From Syntrophaceae bacterium (lineage in GTDB: Bacteria > Desulfobacterota > Syntrophia > Syntrophales > Smithellaceae), in contig WRPE01000006.1 in assembly GCA_009773315.1 (NCBI GenBank), forward strand, positions 11,157 to 75,156: 64,000 nt of DNA. Direction: 5' to 3'. Position 1 is the stretch's first letter, and each line of letters opens with the position of its first letter. The position numbers were made by a program, and so were the translations under genes. This document shows, one piece after another, positions 47,201 to 55,385 of the stretch. Under the pieces are notes generated by a model, which saw only the letters and a program-made list of their open reading frames with translations, was not told the origin of the DNA and did not search any database.

Positions 47201-48562
47201 CGGCGGGCCGTCAACAACGATGATGTGATTCTTTTCATGGGCAAGCGCCAGTAAAATTCGCTTTTGCGAATTGTTCAGCGGCAGCGGACTTTCGGAAATG
47301 TATCGTTGCGGGCTTTTGATGGAATATTTTTCCAGATATTTTTTATCGACTTCTTCCTGATGGTTGGGCACAGCGCCCCGGACATACTGATCAATGAAAT
47401 CGGAAAACTTGCCTTCTTCATTCATCTCCATTTTGGTCATGAGCTCAGAGTAGTCCAGGAGCTTCTTATCTTCATTCGTAATCGTCTGAAAGCCGATGCG
47501 ATTCTTTATTGCGGGGAATTTATTGTCCGCGTGCGTGATGCGGTTAAAAGACGGCTCGGTAATAAAAGGCGTTTGAAATCCGTATTGCGTCTGGATAAAT
47601 GTTTCCATCGCACCCAGGTGTGCATTCATGGCGACAATGGAAGAAGCCCGCGGGACGGTCAGAACACTATCATATTTAAAATAATTGACGGCCGGCGTAT
47701 TTAAAAGCATCAAGTTGCGGGGAAAGGAAAGGGTGACTTCCGAACTGGATGTTCGATATTCAACTTCCACAAAATATAAAGGGAAAGCTTCCCCGCTATT
47801 CTCCAGCATATGAAAGAACAGATATAACGTGCCCAGCTTGGTAAAGTCGCCATATTTCTGAAGATTGTAATAGAGGTCATAGATAACAATATCGTCGATG
47901 GTTTTTGTAAAATATTCAGACAGCGCTTTGATGTAATTTTCACTATCCGTGAAATTATTGCTGATGGCTTTGATCTGTTCAAACTTCTGATTGACGTAAT
48001 TGGCCACGCCAAATATGGATGATGGCGTATATTCAATATGAAACTCTTCTTTTTTTTGCTGAACAACTTTATCCTGAAGATTGTTTAGCGCTTTTTCAAA
48101 CGCACGACGCAGTGCTAGATTATAAGTCCGGATGCCATCTTTGAGCGCCAACGCTTTTTGTCGCGCCAGCAAATCACGTCCTGCCTCATTGTCCTGGGCC
48201 GGAACGATTTCGCCATTTGTGTCAGCGATGAAAGCTTTGTTCTGGGCAATCAGAGCGTCTTCATCGCTCAGGCATTGATCCAGATAGGCTTTATTGAAGT
48301 TATTTTGCAGCAGCGCTTCAATTTCAGTCTGAAATGCTTCTTTGCTGATCAAAATTGCATATTGATTTTGTTTTATCGTTATAGGTGCGAGGTCACCAGT
48401 TTTAACTTTATTGAGCAGCAAGGTCTGAAATGACGGGAACAGCGAAAGGTCGAGCGTCAGTTCATTGTTAGTCCACTTATAATTAATGAGACGCCGGAAA
48501 TTAAACCGGGTTTCGGTAAATGTGGCAAAGTAGTTGAGAATTTCTTTTGGCAGCTTGTTCAT
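44270..48562 (-). CDS. Giant SF1 (Upf1/DNA2-like) helicase fused to a C-terminal Vsr/DUF559-like endonuclease domain
   Basis: About 1430 aa (ATG 48562; the track uses TTG 48571). Walker A (VDGPPGTGKSHT) lies near residue 470. Walker B (LIIDEASQ) and FGDEYQ lie near 985-1010, giving an insert of about 500 aa. QGEERDIVYYS and RLNVGFSRAKD follow. The C-terminus reads YRADFLL...LILEYDGLEYH...GYRFLRI. Confidence 0.8.
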   Translation of the reverse strand: MNKLPKEILNYFATFTETRFNFRRLINYKWTNNELTLDLSLFPSFQTLLLNKVKTGDLAPITIKQNQYAILISKEAFQTEIEALLQNNFNKAYLDQCLSDEDALIAQNKAFIADTNGEIVPAQDNEAGRDLLARQKALALKDGIRTYNLALRRAFEKALNNLQDKVVQQKKEEFHIEYTPSSIFGVANYVNQKFEQIKAISNNFTDSENYIKALSEYFTKTIDDIVIYDLYYNLQKYGDFTKLGTLYLFFHMLENSGEAFPLYFVEVEYRTSSSEVTLSFPRNLMLLNTPAVNYFKYDSVLTVPRASSIVAMNAHLGAMETFIQTQYGFQTPFITEPSFNRITHADNKFPAIKNRIGFQTITNEDKKLLDYSELMTKMEMNEEGKFSDFIDQYVRGAVPNHQEEVDKKYLEKYSIKSPQRYISESPLPLNNSQKRILLALAHEKNHIIVVDGPPGTGKSHTIAALTYWANENKKSVVITSHKQEALDVIDRMLTDKYKSLHPQAKPSIVRMDKETGSANNLQNTLTNSVVGAASNRALEYNREATENDEKKQSENLIRKIEDKLRQAGCYEEMIQKIIQFDYVDQELAKDAELASILATIKQPDQKTDFPVIQDFLDSGVLPKLDHASLEEYAYLLDQKTKIPEFLKACEELNRIPEADRQLETSLAEIPASFSALLEKLKMYFQDNIKISAVSTKHTTSGFFKKLLGKAPKEEELQSLLETLSSLQFASVLKEIAHILNMDKENVTIRDLTTGLEKIRLVLSIRKYKGLLAAYRALPGNQNKNIGDIYEAFRKLDEFKELLTLALYQALQSSFQNYGPLLLHFGITRISLEGLAKLKGHDEKIKHAWQWIQLHGYLSEHARTPGLHLTDIQNYYRIKQKEIENLNDQRLKNLNNHLGEMARIKVSYEGGKRFSMEEAKVLLDGVSCIIAEPGTISRHFPMEEGLIDVLIIDEASQVSIADSISLILRAKQVVIFGDEYQYGAVSATNVNARYSASYFAKIINAFADDYNTTVTAAAEKELVDEVSKEISPDDQVSDTLLKPQDGTVLWLKTFNIRTSTLTFAKAIANYTTSLKEHFRSFPEIISYSNDHFYKEAQMELTVNRIRTKPISDVLQFISVETQGKASPNTNLDEIEAIANDIKKRLDNGFKGTIGIITSFKEQQARMEQSLNERFNMAILRRDHKLAIWFVGDVQGEERDIVYYSFVEDKKLKNANLASIYPVLEGTADNIRSLKMQRLNVGFSRAKDTMIFVMSQPVEQFSNTRLGDALKHYASTLELNKKNDFFIENEAVFESPMEKKLYALLLETSFVQERREHIKIIPQFDIGKYIAAEYNACIPKYRADFLLTYAKGGKEETLILEYDGLEYHFQNPRDVNNLNFSQSYLDYDTQRQMELESYGYRFLRINKFNLRPQTQGQTEKDVLNQLLQESFN

Positions 48563-48631
48563 GAGTATCAATATCGCCTTAGTTATTGCTATACCATCAA
48601 CTAACGAATATTGCTAATCTCTTGATTTTAT

Positions 48632-48708
48632 TGGTGCCCCTGGCGTGAGTCGAACACGCGGCCCACAGATTAGGAATCTGTCGCTCTATCCTACTGAGCT
48701 ACAGGGGC
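48632..48708 (-). tRNA. tRNA-Arg (anticodon CCT), CCA encoded
   Basis: Minus strand reads GCCCCTGTAGCTCAGTAGGATAGAGCGACAGATTCCTAATCTGTGGGCCGCGTGTTCGACTCACGCCAGGGGCACCA. Acceptor stem GCCCCTG/CAGGGGC, anticodon stem ACAGA/TCTGT with loop TTCCTAA, T-arm GTTCGAC. Confidence 0.9.
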
Positions 48709-48780
48709 AGCCTTGGTTTCAGGTTCCCGCAGGATGCGGCGATTTAACATTCTTTGCCCGGCGTGTCAACCGCCGGCGCT

Positions 48781-49686
48781 TCACTTGCCTGCGAAATCCT
48801 TCAGATGCGTTTCCAGTAAACGGTCTTTATTGAAGTTTACCAACTTCAGGTTTTGCGGTTTCGTGCCGACAAAAGCGCATTTGGGCACCAGTCCGATCAA
48901 TTCCGATTCCAGGATTTCAATGCCACGCTCGGCCGCAAGCTTTTCCACCTGTTCATAAATCACTTTAAACGGCGTTTCTTTGCAATTCGTCAGGTTCATG
49001 GACACCTGCGCCAGATGCCTGCTTTTTAAAATGACACCAATAGCGCGCACATGCGGGAGGCCGCCGCTTTTCTCCCGGATCAGGGATGCGATTTTTTGCG
49101 CCAATCTCAAATCATTACAATTCAGATTGATATTATAGGCCACCAGCAGTTCGCGCGCGCCCACGGCCGTTGCGCCCGCGCGCGGATTGAATACCGGCAT
49201 GCCGGCATCCGGAGCATCGCCAGGATTGGACATCTTTTCCGCCAACGCCTCGTATCCGCCGCGCCGGACATTCGCCAGTTCGCTGCGCTCGGGGATCAAT
49301 GCCGCATGGCCATAAAAATAAGCAGGCACGCCGAATCGTTCATATAATTGATGACCGAAGAGATGCGCCAGATTCACAGCATCTGCCATTTTTGTTTTTC
49401 CCAGCGGAATGAAGGGCACCACGTCAACAGCCCCCAGTCGCGGATGGACACCGGTCTGATTGCGCATGTCAATCAGTTCCAGGGCCTGCCCCGATGCGGC
49501 CAGCGCCGCTTCCAGCACATCTTCCGGTTTTCCCAGAAACGTAAAGACACTCCGGTTATGATCACTGTCCCCGCTGTAATCAATCAGGCGGATATTGGGA
49601 AACGTCTTCAAGACGCGGGCAATCGATTCGATTTTATCTAAATCGCACCCTTCGCTGAAATTCGGCACACATTCGATAATTTTCAT
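48781..49686 (-). CDS. ftcD: Glutamate formimidoyltransferase
   Basis: 301-aa ORF. The N-terminus (MKIIECVPNFSEG) and overall length are typical of formiminotransferase-domain proteins. Confidence 0.8.
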   Translation of the reverse strand: MKIIECVPNFSEGCDLDKIESIARVLKTFPNIRLIDYSGDSDHNRSVFTFLGKPEDVLEAALAASGQALELIDMRNQTGVHPRLGAVDVVPFIPLGKTKMADAVNLAHLFGHQLYERFGVPAYFYGHAALIPERSELANVRRGGYEALAEKMSNPGDAPDAGMPVFNPRAGATAVGARELLVAYNINLNCNDLRLAQKIASLIREKSGGLPHVRAIGVILKSRHLAQVSMNLTNCKETPFKVIYEQVEKLAAERGIEILESELIGLVPKCAFVGTKPQNLKLVNFNKDRLLETHLKDFAGK

Positions 49687-49688
49687 GT

Positions 49689-50336
49689 CTATACCTGATA
49701 AAATTTTAGAGTCGGCAACTCCACACAGGTGAGTTTGCCGCCGTAAACCGCGCCGGTGTCAATACCGATTTTATGATCGGTAATCAGAGGCGCGCTGAAA
49801 TGAGTATGTCCAAAGACAACCCGTTTTCCAAAATCATAGTCGGAATCAATAAATTCCTGCCGGATCCACTGCAAGTCATGGGAAGACTGCCCGCCAAGCG
49901 GTATCCCGGGAAGCAGGCCGGCATGCACAAATATAAATTGATCCGTTTCATAATACGGCAAAAGCGATTCAAAAAAGCGCAGATGATCCGCTGGAATTTT
50001 TGCCTTTCTTTCACGCGGGGCGTCCGACCGGGATATCCCGTAAGCCCTGAGCGTCATCATGCCGCCGTTTTGCAGATACAGGTCCTCGTCCATGCCTTCC
50101 AGATAGCGAATCAGCATGTCTTCGTGATTTCCACAAAGACAGATCATTTTTTGATGTATCTTTTTGAGGCCCAAAATGTAATCGACCACGTCCTTGCCTC
50201 CGCCTGCGCGGTCAATATAATCGCCGATAAAGAGCAATGTATCATTTACCGGATCGGCTGCGATGTCCTGGATAAGACGCTGGAGCTTATCCAGACAGCC
50301 ATGGATGTCTCCGATGGCAAATATTTTATTCATCAT
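49689..50336 (-). CDS. Metallophosphoesterase (PPP-family Ser/Thr phosphatase-like)
   Basis: 215-aa ORF with GDIHG, GDYIDRG and GNHE motifs. Confidence 0.8.
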   Translation of the reverse strand: MMNKIFAIGDIHGCLDKLQRLIQDIAADPVNDTLLFIGDYIDRAGGGKDVVDYILGLKKIHQKMICLCGNHEDMLIRYLEGMDEDLYLQNGGMMTLRAYGISRSDAPRERKAKIPADHLRFFESLLPYYETDQFIFVHAGLLPGIPLGGQSSHDLQWIRQEFIDSDYDFGKRVVFGHTHFSAPLITDHKIGIDTGAVYGGKLTCVELPTLKFYQV

Positions 50337-50359
50337 CGAATGCCATCATGAGCCGCATC

Positions 50360-51271
50360 TTAATCCAACAGGGCGGCCGTAAAATCTTTACTGTCGAAGG
50401 GTCGTAAATCATCCAGTCCCTCGCCGACGCCGATAAACCGCACCGGGAGCCCCAGTTCGCCGGCAATGCGCACCACAACGCCGCCCTTGGACGTTCCGTC
50501 GAGTTTCGTGAGCACGATACCGGTAACGCCGATATCCTCTTTAAACATTTTGGCCTGCATGACAGCATTCTGGCCTGTTGTGGCGTCTAATACAAGCAAT
50601 ATCTCATGCGGCGCTCCCGGCAATTCCCTGCTGATAACCCTTTTGACCTTTTTGAGCTCCTCCATCAGGTTGGTCCGGGTATGTAGACGACCTGCTGTAT
50701 CCACGATGACGACGCCGTTAAAACCAGCTTTAATCTTGCCGATTGCATCAAAAACAACAGCGGCGGGATCGGCATTCATTTTCTGCTTGATTACGGGCAC
50801 AGAAACACGCTTTCCCCACACTTCCAGTTGCTCGATGGCCGCCGCCCGGAAGGTGTCGGCGGCTACCAGCAAAACATCATGACAATCATTACGCAATAAA
50901 TTAGATAACTTACCAATGGTTGTCGTTTTACCACTGCCATTGACGCCGATCGCCATGATGACAAAGGGCTGATTCTTGGGAATCACCAATGGTCTTTCAA
51001 TCTGCTTCAGGATCGCTATCATGCGTTGCTGCAAAACACTCTTAATTTGCGAGGCGTCCTGTAATTCCTTTCGCTTCACCCTCTGCTGAACATCATCAAT
51101 CAGATCATGGGTAAATTGCGGTCCCATATCCGCTGTAATCAGCAGCTCTTCTAATTCGTCAAAAAGGGACTGATCCAGCACCTTTTTCCCTAAAATAAGA
51201 TCATCCAGATCCATGGTAAGGACTTCGCGCGTTTTGGCAAGTCCCGCTTTTAATTTATCAAATAAACCCAC
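50360..51271 (-). CDS. ftsY: Signal recognition particle receptor FtsY (NG domain only)
   Basis: 303-aa ORF with SRP GTPase motifs (GVNGSGKTTT, DTAGR, TKLDG). Confidence 0.92.
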   Translation of the reverse strand: MGLFDKLKAGLAKTREVLTMDLDDLILGKKVLDQSLFDELEELLITADMGPQFTHDLIDDVQQRVKRKELQDASQIKSVLQQRMIAILKQIERPLVIPKNQPFVIMAIGVNGSGKTTTIGKLSNLLRNDCHDVLLVAADTFRAAAIEQLEVWGKRVSVPVIKQKMNADPAAVVFDAIGKIKAGFNGVVIVDTAGRLHTRTNLMEELKKVKRVISRELPGAPHEILLVLDATTGQNAVMQAKMFKEDIGVTGIVLTKLDGTSKGGVVVRIAGELGLPVRFIGVGEGLDDLRPFDSKDFTAALLD

Positions 51272-51409
51272 TTAACAACAAATTCCTTTCTTCAAGAATA
51301 ATCTTTGGGAAATGGTCTGCGAAACGTCCCCCGGGAAGCCCTTCGCATGAAAACAGCCAAGGCTATTCTGTATTCATAACGATTTTTGCTGCTAAAGTAA
51401 AGGAATGGA

Positions 51410-54400
51410 TTAGTTCAGATTAACGGAGACCAGTGACGATATGCCCTGTTTTTGCATGGTCACGCCGAAGAGCGTGTCGGCAACTTCCATCGTGTTTTTG
51501 TTATGCGTAATCATAATGACCTGGGACTTCTCGGCAACATCCCTGATCAGGCGGTTAAACAGGTTGGTATTGGCGTCATCGAGCGCCGCATCGACTTCAT
51601 CAAGAATCAGGAAAGGCGTCGGGCGGTACAGCAGAATAGCAAAAATCAGCGCGATCGCCGCCAGAGATTTTTCACCGCCGGACAGCAGACTGACGCTTTG
51701 CGCTTTTTTACCCGGAATCTGAATATCAATATCCACACCGGTTTCCAGCAGATCGTTTTCATCGGTCAGCAGCAGCTCGCCGCGGCCGCCGGGGAAAACA
51801 TGAGCAAAAGTATCTTTGAAACACACATTGACGGCGGCAAAGGTTTCGGCAAATCTTTCACGGGATATTTTATTAATCCGGGTAATCGTCCTTTGCAGTG
51901 AAGACAGTGACTCATTAAGATCGGCCAACTGCGTCGTCAAAAACTGATTGCGTTGATCGAGTTCTGCATATTCATTGAGCGCCAGCAGATTCACCTCGCC
52001 GAAATTTTCAATCGTCTGCTTGTCTTTTTCCAAGAGGGCGGTAAGTTCGGCAATTCTGTCATCGTCCACCATCGTGAAGTCCGCCATGATGGCCGCCAGA
52101 TCAACATTATGTTTTTCAGCGACCACGTTTTGCAGATTCTCGATGCTCAAAACCACTTCGCGGCACTGCATGTCCAGTTCGTTCACTTGCCGGCGCAAAT
52201 CATCAAGCTTCTTTTTGATATCCCGAATATCGTTTTCCTGAACCTTCAGCAGGTCGTCTACCTTCGCCCGCTTTTCCTTCATTTCGGCCAATACGGTTTC
52301 GCAGGAGGCCAGATTCCGGTAAAGCTCCTGCAGGGCCGTCTGATCCGTTTCAACGGCGGAGGTCAACTCGGCCATCTGGCGTTCACAGGAAATAATCTCT
52401 TCTTGTTTGCGCGCAACTTCACTTTCATTGACGCTGCTATCATGCTGCAATCGCGCGACAGTTCTCAGATCCGCTTCCTTCTTCTCCGCCAGAGAGGCCA
52501 ACAGAACTTTTTTATCCGTGAGAAGCCTTTCCTGCGCGTCAATGGCCGCTCGCGATTGCTGCCGGCGGTTATTGAATACGGAAATGATTTCGTTGAGCTC
52601 TTTTTCCGCCGCCTCTTTACGAAGAACATCCGCTTTGATCTCAAGCAATTTTTGTTCGGCCTGGGCCTCTTCTGTTTTAATATTCTGACGGTTGTATTCG
52701 AGGACGGCAATTCTCTGTTTTAATCGTCCCGTTTCATCTTCGAAACGTTCCATATCCTTTTTCCGGCCGTTCATATCTATCTCCAGCCGGTGCGCCCTGT
52801 TTTTCAATCCGGTGAGTTCTTCATCCCAGCGAGTAATCGCAGAGACCAGTTTCTTTTTTTCCTGAATTTGATCTTCCAGTTCGACGGAAAGCCTGGAAAC
52901 TTCCGTTACCAGTTCCGCGATTTCTCTTTTCGTCGCCAACAGACTTTTTTCCACAGCCGATCCGCTGCCGCCGGTCAACACACCGTGCGGGCTGATGGTA
53001 TCACCCTCCGGCGTCACAAAGGTGCCCCGAAAACCGTTTTTCTTCCATAGGGTAATGCCTGTAGCAATCGACGGCGTCAATAAGACATCCCCCAGCAGAC
53101 AATCGGCAATCTGCTTGAATTCTTCCTCAACAATCACTTTGCGCAGCAGGGGCTCCGCTTCCTGGAGGTGCTCGGCGCTGTATGTATCAGCATCATGACC
53201 GCGTAACTCCACCGGCACGAAACTGCCTCGGCCCAACTGATAACTTTTCAAATAGTCAATGGCGCGCACGCCTTCTTCCTGATTTTTCACAACGACGTAT
53301 TGCAGCTTGTCGCCCAGCACCGCTTCCACGGCCGATTCATATTCGCGTGGCACATTGATGTGATCGGCCACCACGCCGTAAAACGTGTTCGGACTTTCCT
53401 GCGTTTCAATAACCTTTTTCACGCCTTCGTTGGACCATTTAAAAGCGGCCTGAAATTCCGAAAGCGATTGCAGACGAGATGACTTGCTGCCCGCCTCTTC
53501 TTTGATATGCGTGATTCGCTCTTCGACCATCTGCAAATCCGATTTGGCTCTGTCCAATTCGTCGGCGGTTGTTTCTTTCTGCTCTGCAAGCCGGGTGATT
53601 TCTTCTTCTTCCGCCGCCAAACCCGCGGTGAGCAATTGCAGCTTATCCGTCAGTTCGGCAAGCCTGTTTTTGTCCTGTTCGATTTCGCGGATTTCCCTCT
53701 CTTCGCGCTTCCGGAAATCCTCCATGTTTTTGTTGAGGCTCGCAATGATATTGTTGAACTTGGCCAAATCCTGCATCACATCAATGTAATGGATTTTATG
53801 TTCTTCCAACCGGCTGTTAATTTCCCGGTCGCCTTCCAGAAGCCCTTGAACCTCTTTTTGTCCTTCATCCAGGTCCTGTTGCAGCTGCGTCATCTGGTTA
53901 AAAGCGTCCGCAGCTTTCTTTTGCAGATTTTCAATCTCAACCGCCAGGCTCGACTTCTTATGCTCCATTGAATCGATTTCAGCCTGATTTTTTTGTTTGC
54001 GTTCCGAGGCTTCCGTCATCCGGCGGCGCGAAAACTCAATATTCTTTTCCTTGATGTTAATCGAATTCTTAATTTCATAGAGTTCGGTTTGATGGCGGCT
54101 GATCAGTTCATCGTTTTCCAGCAGCTTTGCCTTCATTTCTTCCAGAGCGGATTCCTTCGCCTCCATGTGAGTTTTGATGGCTTCAACCTGCTCGGAGAGC
54201 CGCACACGCGCGTCCTGCAGCGCGACGTTTTTCTCGGCCAGTTTGGCAAATCCCTGCCGGGACAAAACCAGTTCCGTTTCTTTAATGCGCAGTTTTACTT
54301 CTTTGTATTGTTCAGCTTTTTTAGCCTGCCTGGTTATGGCGCCAAGCTGGGATTTGACTTCCTTGTGGATGTCGTTAAGACGCAAAATATTCTGTTTGGT

Positions 54401-54958
54401 CGCCTCCATCTTACGAACAGCGGTATCTTTGCGGCTTTTGTATTTGGACACGCCGGCCGCATCTTCGATAAACAAACGACGATCTTCCGGTTTGGCTTCC
54501 ACCAGAGAGGACACGGAACCTTGCTCAACCAACGAATAGGTTCGGGCGCCGATACCCGTGCCCATAAAGAACTCTTTGATATCGAGCAGGCGGCAGGGAA
54601 CGCGATTGATGCAGTATTCGCTTTCACCGTCCAGGATAACCTTGCGCGAAATGGACACTTCCGTTAATTCGCCGTAAACGCCCGGAAAGCTCGATCCGTT
54701 GCTGGCCAGCATCATGACGACTTCCGCCATGCTCACGGGGGCAGCGTCCTCACTGCCGTTAAAGACCACGTCGTCCATTTTCTTTCCACGCAATGCTTTG
54801 ACCCGCTGCTCGCCCATCACCCAGCGGATCGCATCGACCACGTTTGATTTTCCACAGCCATTGGGCCCGACAACCGCATTGACCCCTTTGGAAAAATCAA
54901 TAACGACCTTGTCGCGGAAAGATTTGAAACCCGTTATTTCCAACCGTTTTAGTTTCAT
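51410..54958 (-). CDS. smc: Chromosome partition protein Smc
   Basis: 1182-aa ORF with N-terminal Walker A (GPNGCGKSN), long coiled coils, a hinge, and C-terminal LSGGEKSL and ILDEVDAALD. Confidence 0.92.
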   Translation of the reverse strand: MKLKRLEITGFKSFRDKVVIDFSKGVNAVVGPNGCGKSNVVDAIRWVMGEQRVKALRGKKMDDVVFNGSEDAAPVSMAEVVMMLASNGSSFPGVYGELTEVSISRKVILDGESEYCINRVPCRLLDIKEFFMGTGIGARTYSLVEQGSVSSLVEAKPEDRRLFIEDAAGVSKYKSRKDTAVRKMEATKQNILRLNDIHKEVKSQLGAITRQAKKAEQYKEVKLRIKETELVLSRQGFAKLAEKNVALQDARVRLSEQVEAIKTHMEAKESALEEMKAKLLENDELISRHQTELYEIKNSINIKEKNIEFSRRRMTEASERKQKNQAEIDSMEHKKSSLAVEIENLQKKAADAFNQMTQLQQDLDEGQKEVQGLLEGDREINSRLEEHKIHYIDVMQDLAKFNNIIASLNKNMEDFRKREEREIREIEQDKNRLAELTDKLQLLTAGLAAEEEEITRLAEQKETTADELDRAKSDLQMVEERITHIKEEAGSKSSRLQSLSEFQAAFKWSNEGVKKVIETQESPNTFYGVVADHINVPREYESAVEAVLGDKLQYVVVKNQEEGVRAIDYLKSYQLGRGSFVPVELRGHDADTYSAEHLQEAEPLLRKVIVEEEFKQIADCLLGDVLLTPSIATGITLWKKNGFRGTFVTPEGDTISPHGVLTGGSGSAVEKSLLATKREIAELVTEVSRLSVELEDQIQEKKKLVSAITRWDEELTGLKNRAHRLEIDMNGRKKDMERFEDETGRLKQRIAVLEYNRQNIKTEEAQAEQKLLEIKADVLRKEAAEKELNEIISVFNNRRQQSRAAIDAQERLLTDKKVLLASLAEKKEADLRTVARLQHDSSVNESEVARKQEEIISCERQMAELTSAVETDQTALQELYRNLASCETVLAEMKEKRAKVDDLLKVQENDIRDIKKKLDDLRRQVNELDMQCREVVLSIENLQNVVAEKHNVDLAAIMADFTMVDDDRIAELTALLEKDKQTIENFGEVNLLALNEYAELDQRNQFLTTQLADLNESLSSLQRTITRINKISRERFAETFAAVNVCFKDTFAHVFPGGRGELLLTDENDLLETGVDIDIQIPGKKAQSVSLLSGGEKSLAAIALIFAILLYRPTPFLILDEVDAALDDANTNLFNRLIRDVAEKSQVIMITHNKNTMEVADTLFGVTMQKQGISSLVSVNLN

Positions 54959-55220
54959 GGCATATCTTTAATCGAAGTGGTTAAATTTTAAAGAAGTCTA
55001 ACAAAAGATATTTCCTTTGTAAAGCGAAAATACAACAAAATGTATTCACAAAAAAATTATACCACAATATATAGTGCTTTGATCATTGGGACAAGAAAAA
55101 TGGGATTTGATGAAAAGGCGGTATGGAGAGAAAAAAATTGGCTGAGAAAACATGGAAATTTAGTCGAAATTTTATCAGCTCTTCGAACTGGTTATTAATG
55201 AAAGAAAATTTCTTATCCTT

Positions 55221-55330
55221 GCGACGTGTGCCCTTTAGGGTAGCAGACATTTGGTCTGCCGCGTGCCCCCTGACTAGGGGGTGGCAATCTAACAACATGA
55301 GATTGCTTCGCTTCGCTCGCAATGACCCGT
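55221..55330. repeat. Cluster of short GC-rich hairpins (REP-like element) in the smc / radical-SAM intergenic region
   Basis: Consecutive small palindromes: CCC-TTTA-GGG, GCAGAC-ATTTG-GTCTGC, CCCCCT-GACT-AGGGGG, ATTGC-TTCGCTTCGCTC-GCAAT. The last part (GATTGCTTCGCTTCGCTCGCAATGAC) resembles repeat units I have seen translated as spurious ...LRFARND... peptides. Confidence 0.4.
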
Positions 55331-55385
55331 TTATATTTCTTGGAAGCATTGAATTAGCATCAAGTTGCTATGCGAGATCAACTAT

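Noticed and set aside
35041-48708. Classical integrative element (integrase plus att repeats) at tRNA-Arg
   Set aside because: No integrase or recombinase ORF is present, and I saw no copy of the tRNA 3-prime end at 35.0-35.2, 27.4-27.6 or 44.16-44.27 kb. It is kept only as a decayed island or hotspot hypothesis.
51953-54667. Several 150-256-aa plus-strand ORFs
   Set aside because: They are antisense to smc. The coiled-coil codon bias (GAA/AAG/CTG) produces long open antisense frames.
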